Shown: piece by piece, positions 1 through 9,885 of the stretch
Layout: every line of letters begins with the position of its first letter
Position numbering within the stretch: position 1 is the stretch's first letter
From: a virus
DNA: 53,698 bases
Direction: 5' to 3' (one strand)
Virus record (IMG/VR): IMGVR_UViG_3300028925_012628
The notes under the pieces: model-generated
The model's input: only the letters and a program-made list of their open reading frames with translations
Told to the model about the DNA's origin: nothing
Database searches by the model: none
Translations under genes and position numbers: made by a program

Positions 1-99
1 TACATTACCAATGGTTTGTCCTGTACCAGTATCTACATTACCAATGGTTTGTCCTGTACCAGTATCTACATTACCAATGGTTTGTCCTGTACCAGTATC
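1..99. repeat. Three perfect copies of a 33-bp coding tandem repeat, TACATTACCAATGGTTTGTCCTGTACCAGTATC (minus-strand peptide DTGTGQTIGNV)
   Basis: Direct reading: units at 1-33, 34-66 and 67-99 are identical. Confidence 0.95.
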
Positions 100-3000
100 A
101 GATTGGAAGAGGCCCAAGTCAGAAAACTCTTGTGCCTTTTGATTGAAAAACAAGTCCTGAGATGATTGCCCTCGTTGTGTTAATATTTTGTTCAGTTCCT
201 CAATGCCAGTATTTCCTCCTGTTATCGATGATCCCTGTTCTATTAGAGATACAATCTCTTGCCTACGGGCAGGAGTTACTGTTGTATGACGTTCACTACC
301 TGGAGTTGTAACTTGCGTACTGCCCTGGGTAGTGCCTTGAGTTGTGCCCTGAGTACTATCTTGAGTTGTACCCTGAGTGCTGCCTTGGGTTATACCCGGA
401 GTTGTAATTTGAGTAGTGCCTTGGGTTCTGCCCTGAGTAGTACCTTGAGTAGTACCTGAGATATCAGTTCTTCCTGTTATGACTCCTTGACTGAAGTCCT
501 CCAGTGCGCTGGTATTTGATATACGATTTTGGTTGGCCTCACCTTCAGCTTGTTCTTGTACATCATTCACTGCCCGATTTACTGCATCAAAATTAGGCTT
601 GTCCTGAACATTTGATTTCTGATTATCCTTCTCTTTCTGGGCTTCGAATTGTTCGCTACCGCCGTCGCTCCAAGGAACCATGTCTTTGGCAGCACCGCCA
701 TTCAGAAATCTGTCACGTTTGGTCTGCTGTACCCCTAACCATGGAGTCTTTTTCCCATTAACATTCCAGTAAGTTTGGGAATAATCTTTCTTTGCTCGTT
801 CCTCTTTGAGGGTTTTGGTAGAATCAACATGCCTTCTATCTCCGCCAGTAGCCTGCCAATATTCCATACTCGCTTTCTGCTCTGGTGATAACACCTTATC
901 TCTAAGCTCCTCCAGTGATGGTCTTTCTGTTTCTTTTTCAGGCGGCTTCAAATATTCTGATAGTTTATCAAAATCATCCCAACTGCCCATTGCCTTGCTA
1001 CCTCTACTGAGCCTCTCGGACATCAGCTGGCGGTCCTTCTGATCTATGACCCCATCACTATTAACATCCATCTTGAAGTCAGGTGTAGCTCCTCCCTGTC
1101 CTAGTCGCATTGCCTTCTGTTCATCCGTTTGCTCAGAGTCTGGAATGCCACCGGCGTTCGTATCATCTAAGATACCATCCCTATCCTTATCCTGATCAAA
1201 GTAGCTACCATCTGGGTTCAGTCTACGGGCAACATTATTCCCATCTTTATCTTTAACTTGCCGCTGTCTTGCGTCTTCTGAAGTCCCTCCCTGTGAATCA
1301 GCGTATTGTATCTCATCGTCAGCTTTAACATCTGTTACTGGAGTTGTAACCGCAGATGTCGTAACAGCAGGTGACGCATTATTCTGCGATTCTCGGATAT
1401 AGTCTTCTTGGGCGGTTCTGCTGCCTGGAGTTTTTAGATCCGGTCTAGTCTCTACGTCAGCTGCTGCCAACTCTTCGTTGGCTTTATTGAGATTCCGCAT
1501 CTTCAGTTGATTCTGCTGGTCTTGAATAGCTTCTGCTGAATCCTCTTCTTTTTCTTCAGGGGTACGTTTATCATGTTCTTTTGTAAACAACAACGCATCT
1601 AGGGCATCTACCCTGCCATCACCACTTAAGTCAAACCGCTTCATCTCATCGGGGGTTAGCGAGCTCACATATTTCAACTCTTCTGGCAAATCCTTATCCC
1701 AGTCTTCATCGCCTGCGTAGAAAGCACGCTCCGCATCTGGGTTGGCTTTGAGCCACTCAAAATACTTGTCCATACGAACAGCATTTTCTGACCCTGGTCT
1801 GTTTATAGGATAAATCTGCTCTTTTTCAATTGCATCAACTAAAATCTGATAGTCATCCTTGCCTAATTTCATTGTGGATGTTCCCGTTGTAGATGTTTCC
1901 GATGTGTCTTGACCATAAGCAGCCGCTCCTAATGCCTGTGAACCCTGTACTTTTTCAGCAGGATTTTCAGCACGATTTTCAACAGGACTTACCGCACGAT
2001 TTTCAGCGACAGCTGCCACGGCTTTAACCGCAATATCAGCCGGTGATACAGATGCTACCGCAGCATCATCCGATGATACAGCAGTTTCACTTTCAATTTT
2101 TTCTTTAGCTTCCTTGTATTCAGCAGCGTCCTTTTTATTTCGGAACATCCTCGTGTCCATACCCGGTGCTCTAATTAAAGCACCACTCAGACCCCTTTCA
2201 GTAAACGCAAAACCCGCCCATCTGACTTCTGGGTCCCCTCTGTCTAGCTCCCCACGGGCTTCTTTCCCGAGAATGCTATCAATACGGTCATAAAGAAATT
2301 TTCTCTCTTCTGGGGTAGGCACAAACAACTCACCCGATGATACTTTTCTTCCACTTGGAAGATCGAATGTTCCACCTTTTTCACCCGGAGCTCTAACCAT
2401 TACCCTAGTAGCCTTCATTTCAGGCGTATCATTTGCGCCCATCTCCGTCCACCTGCCCTCGGCTTCATTCCAAGCACTTCCGGTGAGGTCCAACCTTGAG
2501 TCTTTTCTCGTTCGGAGCAAGGCTTTTTCTCTTTCGCTCCAGCCTTCTATACTAAAGCCCGTTCGCTCTGACCATTTATCAGCATATTCATCTATTTCCT
2601 TCTTGGTATCCGCTGCGACCTCCTCGGGTGTCCTATCACGCAGCCGTTGCCGCTCGGCCTGAATCGCCGCCAGTCGTTTTCTTTCTGTCTCTGCTTTCTC
2701 TATACCCTCGGGGCTTGCTTCAAACAGCATTTTCTCGGCGGACCTTTGGGTGTATGCTTTTTCATCCCTTGCTAGAGCGTCAGCCTTAACATCTGCCCTT
2801 GTCCCCTTGTAAGCGTGAAGTTTGCCACGGATATTTTCCTGTGGGCCATCATACACCGCCCACTTTTCTTCGGCATCAGCACTACCGCCAGACCACATCT
2901 TATCGGAATCTTTCTGTGCCAACTCCTTTCTAAACCTCTCGTGCATTCGTTCGTCATATGGATTATCTTCGTAGTAGGTTTTTGCCTCGTCATCAGAGAT

Positions 3001-4944
3001 CGTACCATCGCCATTCAAGTCAGGCTTTTGTAGTGAGTCTTCTCTCCGCTTGCGTTGTCTGTCGTCCAGATAAGAGTCATCAGTGTAGGTTCTACTATCT
3101 TTATAAGGGGCAACTTTGTCAACGTAATCTTCCCACGTTTTTTCTTTTGTTTCCTCGCCATAAGAAGCATTACCCAACGACAAACGATCGTCCGCTTCTT
3201 TTTCTTTAGCAAACACAGCAACCGCTTTGTCTTTTTTTTCCGCAACAACCTGACGTTCCTCATTTACCTCTTTCAGGTCTGGAAACATTTTGTCGTATTC
3301 TTTTGGGTCACCTACTGTTTCACCAGCCTCCGCTCGGTCTTTGCTAATTCCCTTAGCATCCGTTATCATCTCTTTAACTTCGTCCAACGTAACGGTTGCG
3401 TTTTCCCCTTTATCTTTTGCTAGTTGCCCCGCAATCATCAGGGTGACCAAGCCCCTAGAATTCATATGCTGTTGTGCAAGTGCAACTTGCGGGTCAACAT
3501 AACCCCTCTTTCCACCCCGTTTCTCCCATCTTTCAAAACCTGCGACAGCCTCCTCTTTAGCCCTATCTTGGACCAGTACCCTACCCACACCGCAGAGGTC
3601 GAGGAGCTTTTCTATAGGTATACGACCGGGAGTTTGGTCTCCCAGCGTTCTATTGCCTTGAGGCTGTGATTTAGATTCTTCGATCATGGCATTCATGACC
3701 ATCTCTTCAATTTTATTCGCAAACCAATCAGCTGACTTATCGTTTAAGTCTGCGTCAGTCCACTGAATAGGTCCGCCTCCACCCTTACCCTCCTCGGATA
3801 ATGGTGAGCTTCGATAGACAGCCTCTTGGTCGGCTCGCAGCATGTCTTTGAGTCTATTTGAATCGACAGTCATGTCATTTTTGGCATCTCTTTCCGCCCG
3901 TTCCTTATCGGTCAGTTGGAACCTACCTTTATAATATCCTCCTTTCATCTTAGCTATCTGCTCTGGTGTCTTGCCGTACTTGGCCCACTTTTCTGGTTCA
4001 TTTCTGTGGAGTGTATACTCACCAATCTTGTTTAGACGGTGTTCGTCTCCCTCTCTATTTTTGTCAAGATACAATGATTGTGTGTTGAGCAGACGTTCAA
4101 ATTCTGCTCTGTGCTTCTCCTTGCTCGCATCCCATTGCGTTTTTGTTTCTCCTTTCCAAGCCTTATTGAGCTCGGGAGCATCAGCGAGAACCTTGTCCCA
4201 GTGTGCCTTGACTTCATCTCTCTCTTTTTGGTCTTTGGGTAAAAACAGTTTGCCATCTGCCCCATAAACCATTACTCTGGCTCGAAGCATCTCTTCGGTG
4301 CCACCGGATTCCATATCCCATGTGCCAGACTCTTCATCCCATGCCTTCCCCTGAAGATCCCACCTCTTTGCCTTTTCAATAGCTCGCCTACTAAAGTCGT
4401 TTTTTCTCTTCCGTTCCTCATCGTAAGCAATAACTTCGGGCTGCTTATTGTACTTATCTTCGTCAAGGACATGTTTTTCTCCATCCCAGGAGGTAAATTC
4501 CTTCTTCAGCTTATGTAAACGAGAGCGAATTTTCGCCGAAGCCTCCTTCATGCCTGCGGGGGTTTTGTCATACGCAGCTTGCTTTGCGTCTTTTTCTTTT
4601 TGAGCGACTGCATCTCTCTCCGCTTGTTGCTTCTTAAAGAGAGCTTCCCGCTTTTCTGCTTCTACTCTCGCTTCTGCTCTCGCTGCTTTTTCCGCTGGAG
4701 TTTCGGCGGCACGCTGCTTCTTCAATGCCTCTTCCCTTCTCGCCTTTTCCTCAGCCTTCTTTTTTGCAGCAGCAGCACGCTTACGCAGTTTCACCTCGGC
4801 AGGGGAAGCGTATTTCTTTTTCGCTTCTGCTTCAGCGAGCATTGCCTCCCACTTCTCGTCGCCGTACTTTTCCCTTTGTTTTTTCTGAAACTCGGCAATT
4901 CTCTTTTTCTCAAGATATTGTTTGGTTTCATATGCAGTCGGCAT
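1..4944 (-). CDS. Giant repeat-rich virion-associated protein, 5' part (1648 codons). The ORF leaves the window at position 1 and resumes at 53698; about 2079 aa in total.
   Basis: The ATG at 4944-4942 sits 1 nt after the TAG of the upstream gene (TAGAATG). My hand translation of the minus strand (MPTAYETKQYLEKKRIAEFQ...) stays open to position 1. The track lists no minus-strand ORF in this frame (the listed ones are all in another frame), as expected for an ORF with no stop inside the window. The codon phase at position 1 matches the phase at 53698. Confidence 0.8.
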   Translation of the reverse strand, partial: MPTAYETKQYLEKKRIAEFQKKQREKYGDEKWEAMLAEAEAKKKYASPAEVKLRKRAAAAKKKAEEKARREEALKKQRAAETPAEKAARAEARVEAEKREALFKKQQAERDAVAQKEKDAKQAAYDKTPAGMKEASAKIRSRLHKLKKEFTSWDGEKHVLDEDKYNKQPEVIAYDEERKRKNDFSRRAIEKAKRWDLQGKAWDEESGTWDMESGGTEEMLRARVMVYGADGKLFLPKDQKERDEVKAHWDKVLADAPELNKAWKGETKTQWDASKEKHRAEFERLLNTQSLYLDKNREGDEHRLNKIGEYTLHRNEPEKWAKYGKTPEQIAKMKGGYYKGRFQLTDKERAERDAKNDMTVDSNRLKDMLRADQEAVYRSSPLSEEGKGGGGPIQWTDADLNDKSADWFANKIEEMVMNAMIEESKSQPQGNRTLGDQTPGRIPIEKLLDLCGVGRVLVQDRAKEEAVAGFERWEKRGGKRGYVDPQVALAQQHMNSRGLVTLMIAGQLAKDKGENATVTLDEVKEMITDAKGISKDRAEAGETVGDPKEYDKMFPDLKEVNEERQVVAEKKDKAVAVFAKEKEADDRLSLGNASYGEETKEKTWEDYVDKVAPYKDSRTYTDDSYLDDRQRKRREDSLQKPDLNGDGTISDDEAKTYYEDNPYDERMHERFRKELAQKDSDKMWSGGSADAEEKWAVYDGPQENIRGKLHAYKGTRADVKADALARDEKAYTQRSAEKMLFEASPEGIEKAETERKRLAAIQAERQRLRDRTPEEVAADTKKEIDEYADKWSERTGFSIEGWSEREKALLRTRKDSRLDLTGSAWNEAEGRWTEMGANDTPEMKATRVMVRAPGEKGGTFDLPSGRKVSSGELFVPTPEERKFLYDRIDSILGKEARGELDRGDPEVRWAGFAFTERGLSGALIRAPGMDTRMFRNKKDAAEYKEAKEKIESETAVSSDDAAVASVSPADIAVKAVAAVAENRAVSPVENRAENPAEKVQGSQALGAAAYGQDTSETSTTGTSTMKLGKDDYQILVDAIEKEQIYPINRPGSENAVRMDKYFEWLKANPDAERAFYAGDEDWDKDLPEELKYVSSLTPDEMKRFDLSGDGRVDALDALLFTKEHDKRTPEEKEEDSAEAIQDQQNQLKMRNLNKANEELAAADVETRPDLKTPGSRTAQEDYIRESQNNASPAVTTSAVTTPVTDVKADDEIQYADSQGGTSEDARQRQVKDKDGNNVARRLNPDGSYFDQDKDRDGILDDTNAGGIPDSEQTDEQKAMRLGQGGATPDFKMDVNSDGVIDQKDRQLMSERLSRGSKAMGSWDDFDKLSEYLKPPEKETERPSLEELRDKVLSPEQKASMEYWQATGGDRRHVDSTKTLKEERAKKDYSQTYWNVNGKKTPWLGVQQTKRDRFLNGGAAKDMVPWSDGGSEQFEAQKEKDNQKSNVQDKPNFDAVNRAVNDVQEQAEGEANQNRISNTSALEDFSQGVITGRTDISGTTQGTTQGRTQGTTQITTPGITQGSTQGTTQDSTQGTTQGTTQGSTQVTTPGSERHTTVTPARRQEIVSLIEQGSSITGGNTGIEELNKILTQRGQSSQDLFFNQKAQEFSDLGLFQSDTGTGQTIGNVDTGTGQTIGNVDTGTGQTIGNV
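295..456 (-). repeat. About 13 copies of a 12-bp coding repeat (tetrapeptide TQGx: GTTQGTTQGRTQGTTQITTPGITQGSTQGTTQDSTQGTTQGTTQGSTQVTTPGS)
   Basis: Hand translation of the minus strand; imperfect 12-nt periodicity in CTGGGTAGTGCC-type units. Confidence 0.85.
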
Positions 4945-4945
4945 T

Positions 4946-5815
4946 CTAAACTCCCAGTCCTGATTTTGAATTGTTTAGTCGTTCTAACATCGCTACATAC
5001 CTATAGGGCGGAATTGACACAGCCGATGCCGCACCGCCTCCGCCTACCTTTTGCACAGATGTCAAATATCCAGGCCCAGGATCATTAGTTCCTGTTTCAT
5101 CGGATTGTACTACTGGTAAACTATCTCCGGTGCCTTCTCGCATAGAACCCACGGCAAGTGGATGCATATGAGCGTGGCTAGTATCGCTAACAACCACTTG
5201 TAAATCCAACGCTCCGGTCTCTCCTCCGCCGGTATCGCCAGATTCTGTGGTCGTTGTCCATTGTCGCAGAAACTTGTCTCTAAGGTCTACACCGGAACCA
5301 CCATTTGCAACGGAGTTCTCAGTGCCATTCATAACTGCCCAACCACCAGTTCCTTTGTCTGCATTAGCGTCAATTCGTATAGAACCAACTCGGAAATCTC
5401 CATACCCTGTTGCCACCTTGAGACCATCTAATGTCTCAAAAAATAGGATTACATCTCCACTAGATATGTTTGGATCTTCGCCTACGCCCGCAGGTAAGTA
5501 TATGGCTATATCGCTACGGCCCGTGGTGCCATTGCCTAAGTAGTCATCCGCTTCCTTGCACATGACTGTTGCCATTAAGCCGCCATTGCTAGGGTATGTG
5601 GTGCTATCGGGATTATAGTCCCAATTGCTTTGAGCTACTGCCCAACGTCCAGACTGAGCCTGTGACGTAGTAACATATCCAGTGAGGTTGACACTTCCCT
5701 CGTGGTGCAATTCTATATTCGGATTACAGAAGATATCCCGAAATACCCTTACCTGTTCAGAGGACATTCCAGCAACCAACAATCTATCGAACTGTGATGC
5801 ATGTTTTGAATACAC
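4946..5815 (-). CDS. Tail fibre-like protein (tail-collar-like C-terminus); function tentative
   Basis: Track ORF, 289 aa, tightly coupled to both neighbours. The C-terminal SHAHMHPL ... IPPYRYVAMLERL resembles tail-collar/fibre C-termini. It sits among tail genes. Confidence 0.55.
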   Translation of the reverse strand: MYSKHASQFDRLLVAGMSSEQVRVFRDIFCNPNIELHHEGSVNLTGYVTTSQAQSGRWAVAQSNWDYNPDSTTYPSNGGLMATVMCKEADDYLGNGTTGRSDIAIYLPAGVGEDPNISSGDVILFFETLDGLKVATGYGDFRVGSIRIDANADKGTGGWAVMNGTENSVANGGSGVDLRDKFLRQWTTTTESGDTGGGETGALDLQVVVSDTSHAHMHPLAVGSMREGTGDSLPVVQSDETGTNDPGPGYLTSVQKVGGGGAASAVSIPPYRYVAMLERLNNSKSGLGV

Positions 5816-8304
5816 TATTCAACGCCCTCGATGTTTATGCTCTGTATTTGCTGTGCATCATCCCCTGCAAACCCCCGCAACTCAACGGACACTCGATGGT
5901 CGCCGTGGGACATACTGTTATACTGCCCGTCAAACCTGAACTTCTCATGTCCAGATGCATTCTCTAGATCATTACGGGTAGCCTGAAGGAAGATAACTGC
6001 ATCTTCCTGATTGCTTTCTTGTATTTCAATAGCATCACCCAGCTTCTGTGACATCCCATTAGTGATCGGGGTAGTACTGTTGTTGTAATAGAAACGAACA
6101 TCTATCCGACTATCCCCTGTCGTTGGCTTGAACTTCATTGAAATCTCACGTTTAGAGCGGCCTTCAATACTTGGCAACCCAAACGCATTAGACTTCCAAC
6201 TCCAAACAACTGCTCCCACAACATACTTGCTAGTTGTATCTGGGTTTGTTGTCCACGCTGCTACTGTCAATCGTGTTGCCGTTCTCGCCGTAATCGTTCT
6301 CCGCTGACCCTTACCAGTTCCTTCGTAAATATAAACAGAAGCCCCAACGACACTGCCACCAAAGGCGGCGGCAGAATCCACAAGGGTAGTGCTACTGCTA
6401 CTGCTAGCTGTTCCTGTTGTCTCAGAGGTAACAATGTCAGTTGTCCCGCTATCCGCCAAATGAACACTTGAATTCTCTGCCCCCAATGCTAAGCGACTCT
6501 CACCATTTATCTGAATAACGGACGTTGAGCTTATCTTTTGGGGATAATGATAGATGTCCCAAGTCTGACGGCGTAAGTTATATACCAAAGCTCGTGTTGG
6601 TATCGTCTCTGCGTCGCCCACAAACGACACAAAGTAGTACACCCTCGTCTTAGCTCTATCAACAGCGACATGAAACTTATCTGACTTCGTAAAGTCTATC
6701 TTGTCCCCATCCCCATCCTTGCGGAATAAATCATGTATCTTTTCACCGATTGGCTGTGAAGAACCACTGAATGCGTATGGACCGCTGTCATCCATCATGT
6801 AAGCCACGTTCTCGTGTAATGCCCAACAATAGTGATTAAACGCTCCCCTGTCCTCTACGTAGCGCACAGAGCCGTCTATCGTAGGTTTGACTGAGTAGTT
6901 GAACGCATACTTGCTTCTCTTGCCTAGGAAAAACAGCGTGTTATTAAGCGGCATAGCACCAATAATATCGTCATTGTCTCCGGTTGACTCCTGTATTGTG
7001 AACACATTGACCGTTGGTACGCTCTCAGGTTCGTCCGGTTCACTGAACATTACCTGTCGTCGCTTGCTAGCTTCGATACGTATCGTGTAAGTCTTGCTAC
7101 TAGCTGTTGTTGCTGCCGCTGTTTCTAATGTCAGGCTTGTTCCACTAGCTACTGCTGTTATCTGGATTGGTGCTACCTCTCCATCAATGTAGACATAGCG
7201 TCCAATCATAGTGTCTACCCAGTCAGTTCCAGTTCCAGTTAGCGTGGTTGACCCGTTGGTGGCCACCGTACCTCGATTATATTGCACCGACCCAACATAG
7301 AAGTACCTATTTTGCAGCTGAACAACAATCGGTCTGTCATTCGGAGGTGGATTAAAGCGTCGTGCTACTAGAGTATTGTCCGCTGGAGGATTGCTCAATA
7401 TCAAAAGAACATCGTCTACACCGCTGCTGTTAAGAACAGCGTCATCAACCTCGTCACTAAAAGTAACACTTCCGCCATATGCGCTCGTTGCAACTCTGTA
7501 CATTGCATTTGTTACACCAGCCGTACTACGGAATAACTGGAACTTATGCTGTGCCCTAGCTTCTGTCGTTGTAGACAAGGAAGACCATGCGAAGAAATCG
7601 TTTTCATTTGCGGTCACCGTTCTCACAGCTGTAAGACTACTTGGTATCCCCGTTGCTGTGTTATCGAGATAGCGATATCCGAATGTGTATACACCAGCCG
7701 TTGCTCCATATCCCTCTGCTGACCATGTACCACCCGATCCATAGGAACCATCAAACGATGTTCCCGTCAAAGTAAACACTGTGCCTGATACACTCTCTAC
7801 AGTAAACACCGACCCGTTTAGGTCATTAGACATTGCACCAGTGCCAACCACATTTCCAATTCGAACCTTGTCACCATTAGACAAAGAGTTGCCAGAAGTG
7901 ATTCTGTACTTGCCACCATTATTTGCGACACCTGTAATCGAGTTTCCCTTAACTCCACCCGTAGGAGCAGCAGCGACAATTGTTGGTGCAGCAGCAGGGG
8001 CCGTGATGCCTAGGTCTTCTACGGCAGCCGTAATTCCGTCCCATCGAAATCCTCTATCTATTCCATTGATGCCTATTAAGTCGCCAAACCTAGTCTTCAC
8101 AAATGACATACGCTGAAATGTATGGTACGCACTAGCTGAGATAGTTGAAGTAGCATCGAAAGATGCGGGTTGTATGCCACCACGTATTTTTAGTTTGCCA
8201 TTGAATGTTGTGCTGACATTGGTCTGTGTTACCGCTCCACCATGCGGTACATCGCTAGCATCCCCGTCTGATATTTGACCTAAGAAATCTCTTATATTTG
8301 CCAT
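5815..8304 (-). CDS. Large tail structural protein (nozzle / tail tubular B candidate)
   Basis: Track ORF, 829 aa, Gly/Thr/Ser-rich and probably beta-rich. It lies between the adaptor-like gene and the fibre-like gene. Assigned by size and position only. Confidence 0.5.
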   Translation of the reverse strand: MANIRDFLGQISDGDASDVPHGGAVTQTNVSTTFNGKLKIRGGIQPASFDATSTISASAYHTFQRMSFVKTRFGDLIGINGIDRGFRWDGITAAVEDLGITAPAAAPTIVAAAPTGGVKGNSITGVANNGGKYRITSGNSLSNGDKVRIGNVVGTGAMSNDLNGSVFTVESVSGTVFTLTGTSFDGSYGSGGTWSAEGYGATAGVYTFGYRYLDNTATGIPSSLTAVRTVTANENDFFAWSSLSTTTEARAQHKFQLFRSTAGVTNAMYRVATSAYGGSVTFSDEVDDAVLNSSGVDDVLLILSNPPADNTLVARRFNPPPNDRPIVVQLQNRYFYVGSVQYNRGTVATNGSTTLTGTGTDWVDTMIGRYVYIDGEVAPIQITAVASGTSLTLETAAATTASSKTYTIRIEASKRRQVMFSEPDEPESVPTVNVFTIQESTGDNDDIIGAMPLNNTLFFLGKRSKYAFNYSVKPTIDGSVRYVEDRGAFNHYCWALHENVAYMMDDSGPYAFSGSSQPIGEKIHDLFRKDGDGDKIDFTKSDKFHVAVDRAKTRVYYFVSFVGDAETIPTRALVYNLRRQTWDIYHYPQKISSTSVIQINGESRLALGAENSSVHLADSGTTDIVTSETTGTASSSSSTTLVDSAAAFGGSVVGASVYIYEGTGKGQRRTITARTATRLTVAAWTTNPDTTSKYVVGAVVWSWKSNAFGLPSIEGRSKREISMKFKPTTGDSRIDVRFYYNNSTTPITNGMSQKLGDAIEIQESNQEDAVIFLQATRNDLENASGHEKFRFDGQYNSMSHGDHRVSVELRGFAGDDAQQIQSINIEGVE

Positions 8305-9477
8305 TTAGCTACTCGTTCCTATAGCACCATCCAAATGTCTAAACAAATAATTGTATCGAGAAGACGTGTTGGATTGGCTAGACATGTGACGTGACTCTGC
8401 TTCCAATGCCTTACGCATCTCACCCATAGCCAACTGCTGAGCCATTATTGTTCCCTGTGGGTCATTAGCCATTCGGCTTAATCTGTATTCCAACTGGGCC
8501 TTGAGTGCCTCCAACATCGTATCATTCATGTCTACTGGATCAGATATGACACACTTTGTTCCTGCCGAGTATGCGGTGGTCAATGCACTGTCGATTGTAA
8601 CCGTGGTACTAGATATCGACATTATCTTGAACTGCTCATTGAACGGTTCATTTCCACCTAGACCTGTTGGATGGTCTGTTCCTGTCGGTAAACGAAGCAC
8701 AGCTCCAACCATAGAAGATGGCAATGCATTGTTTGTAGTCACAGTCGTAGCACCACTAGATCCCGTAATGGTATACGTCCGTGCTGCGGTCTCTGTTCCA
8801 GCCCATCGCAATGTTCGTGGCCGTCGTCGATAGATGAAACCTAATGGTTCAGCTGTGGTTGGATGTGGGTCTACCCATAATGCCCAGCGATTGTCTGCAT
8901 CTGGGTCACGCATGATAGTCCATGCCCACGTCTGACCTGAATAGTCAAGAAATCTATCTCGCTGCAACCATTCCGTCGGGGTAATGTAATAAGTTATCCA
9001 TGATGTTTTTTCAACAGCCACATCGAAAATGCGCCATAGATCAGAAGGAAGAGGATAAACAGAACGATACGAACTATAGGTTGTTGAAGCAACGTCAGAT
9101 CCCGGATTAAAGTCAGTCCCCAACGTGATAATGCTGCCAGATACACGGGTATCTATTGGGTACACAACATCACCAAAACGAATACGACCCTTACTAGCCC
9201 ACGAAGGCCAAGTACCCGCAGACAATGTTACCTGACGTTCATTAGCTCCGCCCGTATGGTCGTAAACAATTGTTCCAGTTGTGTATGCAGCATCCAGATT
9301 AACACGACCCTCTGTCGTAAAGTAATCCCACTCTGCGGCCATAGACACATCACGATACGCACCAAGAATTGCTTCTCGATATAATCGCATATCTTTAGTA
9401 CGAGCTCCACCATCAGTAAGAGCTGTAATGTAATCTAATAAATCGTGATACGTTAATACGCCATCATCTACTGCCAT
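8305..9477 (-). CDS. Virion structural protein (head-tail adaptor / tail tubular A candidate)
   Basis: Track ORF, 390 aa, abutting the 829-aa gene (8304/8305). Assigned by position only. Confidence 0.45.
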   Translation of the reverse strand: MAVDDGVLTYHDLLDYITALTDGGARTKDMRLYREAILGAYRDVSMAAEWDYFTTEGRVNLDAAYTTGTIVYDHTGGANERQVTLSAGTWPSWASKGRIRFGDVVYPIDTRVSGSIITLGTDFNPGSDVASTTYSSYRSVYPLPSDLWRIFDVAVEKTSWITYYITPTEWLQRDRFLDYSGQTWAWTIMRDPDADNRWALWVDPHPTTAEPLGFIYRRRPRTLRWAGTETAARTYTITGSSGATTVTTNNALPSSMVGAVLRLPTGTDHPTGLGGNEPFNEQFKIMSISSTTVTIDSALTTAYSAGTKCVISDPVDMNDTMLEALKAQLEYRLSRMANDPQGTIMAQQLAMGEMRKALEAESRHMSSQSNTSSRYNYLFRHLDGAIGTSS

Positions 9478-9491
9478 TGTTTTATCCTAAG

Positions 9492-9884
9492 CTATTGGCC
9501 CATCGGAGGCATTTGTGGTCCACCCATTGGCGGGCCTTGTGGTCCCATCGGAGGCATTCCGGGCATTCCGCCCATTGGAGGCATTGATGGAGGAGGAGGT
9601 AGCGGCTGACCAACAGGCCCACCCATTGGCGGCATCATTGCCATCTGGGCAGATTCAGTAGCCGCACCTTTAGTCAAGCTATCTATTTGCTCTTTTTGCT
9701 TTTCCAAAATCGTACGAAGCGTAGTCATTTTTTCCATGACCTCTTCTGGGTTAGGTCCGCCTGGTTGAGGCATACCCTGTGGTGGCATACCCTGTGGTGG
9801 TCCGCCCATTGGTGGCATTCCACCTTGTGGTGGTCCCTGTGGAGGTCCTTGTGGAGGCCCCATTCCTTCCATTCCCATTGACAT
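9492..9884 (-). CDS. Met/Pro/Gly-rich low-complexity protein with a central helical segment
   Basis: Track ORF, 130 aa. PPQG and MPPMGG repeats flank EEVMEKMTTLRTILEKQKEQIDSL. Confidence 0.6.
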   Translation of the reverse strand: MSMGMEGMGPPQGPPQGPPQGGMPPMGGPPQGMPPQGMPQPGGPNPEEVMEKMTTLRTILEKQKEQIDSLTKGAATESAQMAMMPPMGGPVGQPLPPPPSMPPMGGMPGMPPMGPQGPPMGGPQMPPMGQ

Positions 9885-9885
9885 A

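Noticed and set aside
1-4944. An apparent 4.9-kb ORF desert might indicate non-coding DNA or a reassigned stop codon.
   Set aside because: One minus-strand frame is fully open under the standard code and encodes plausible protein. The track omits it only because its stop codon lies beyond the window edge.
4579-5088. A 169-aa plus-strand ORF spans the junction of two minus-strand genes.
   Set aside because: It is a Leu/Phe/Ser/Cys-rich shadow of the Lys/Glu/Ala-rich N-terminus of the giant protein, with a TTG start and no RBS.
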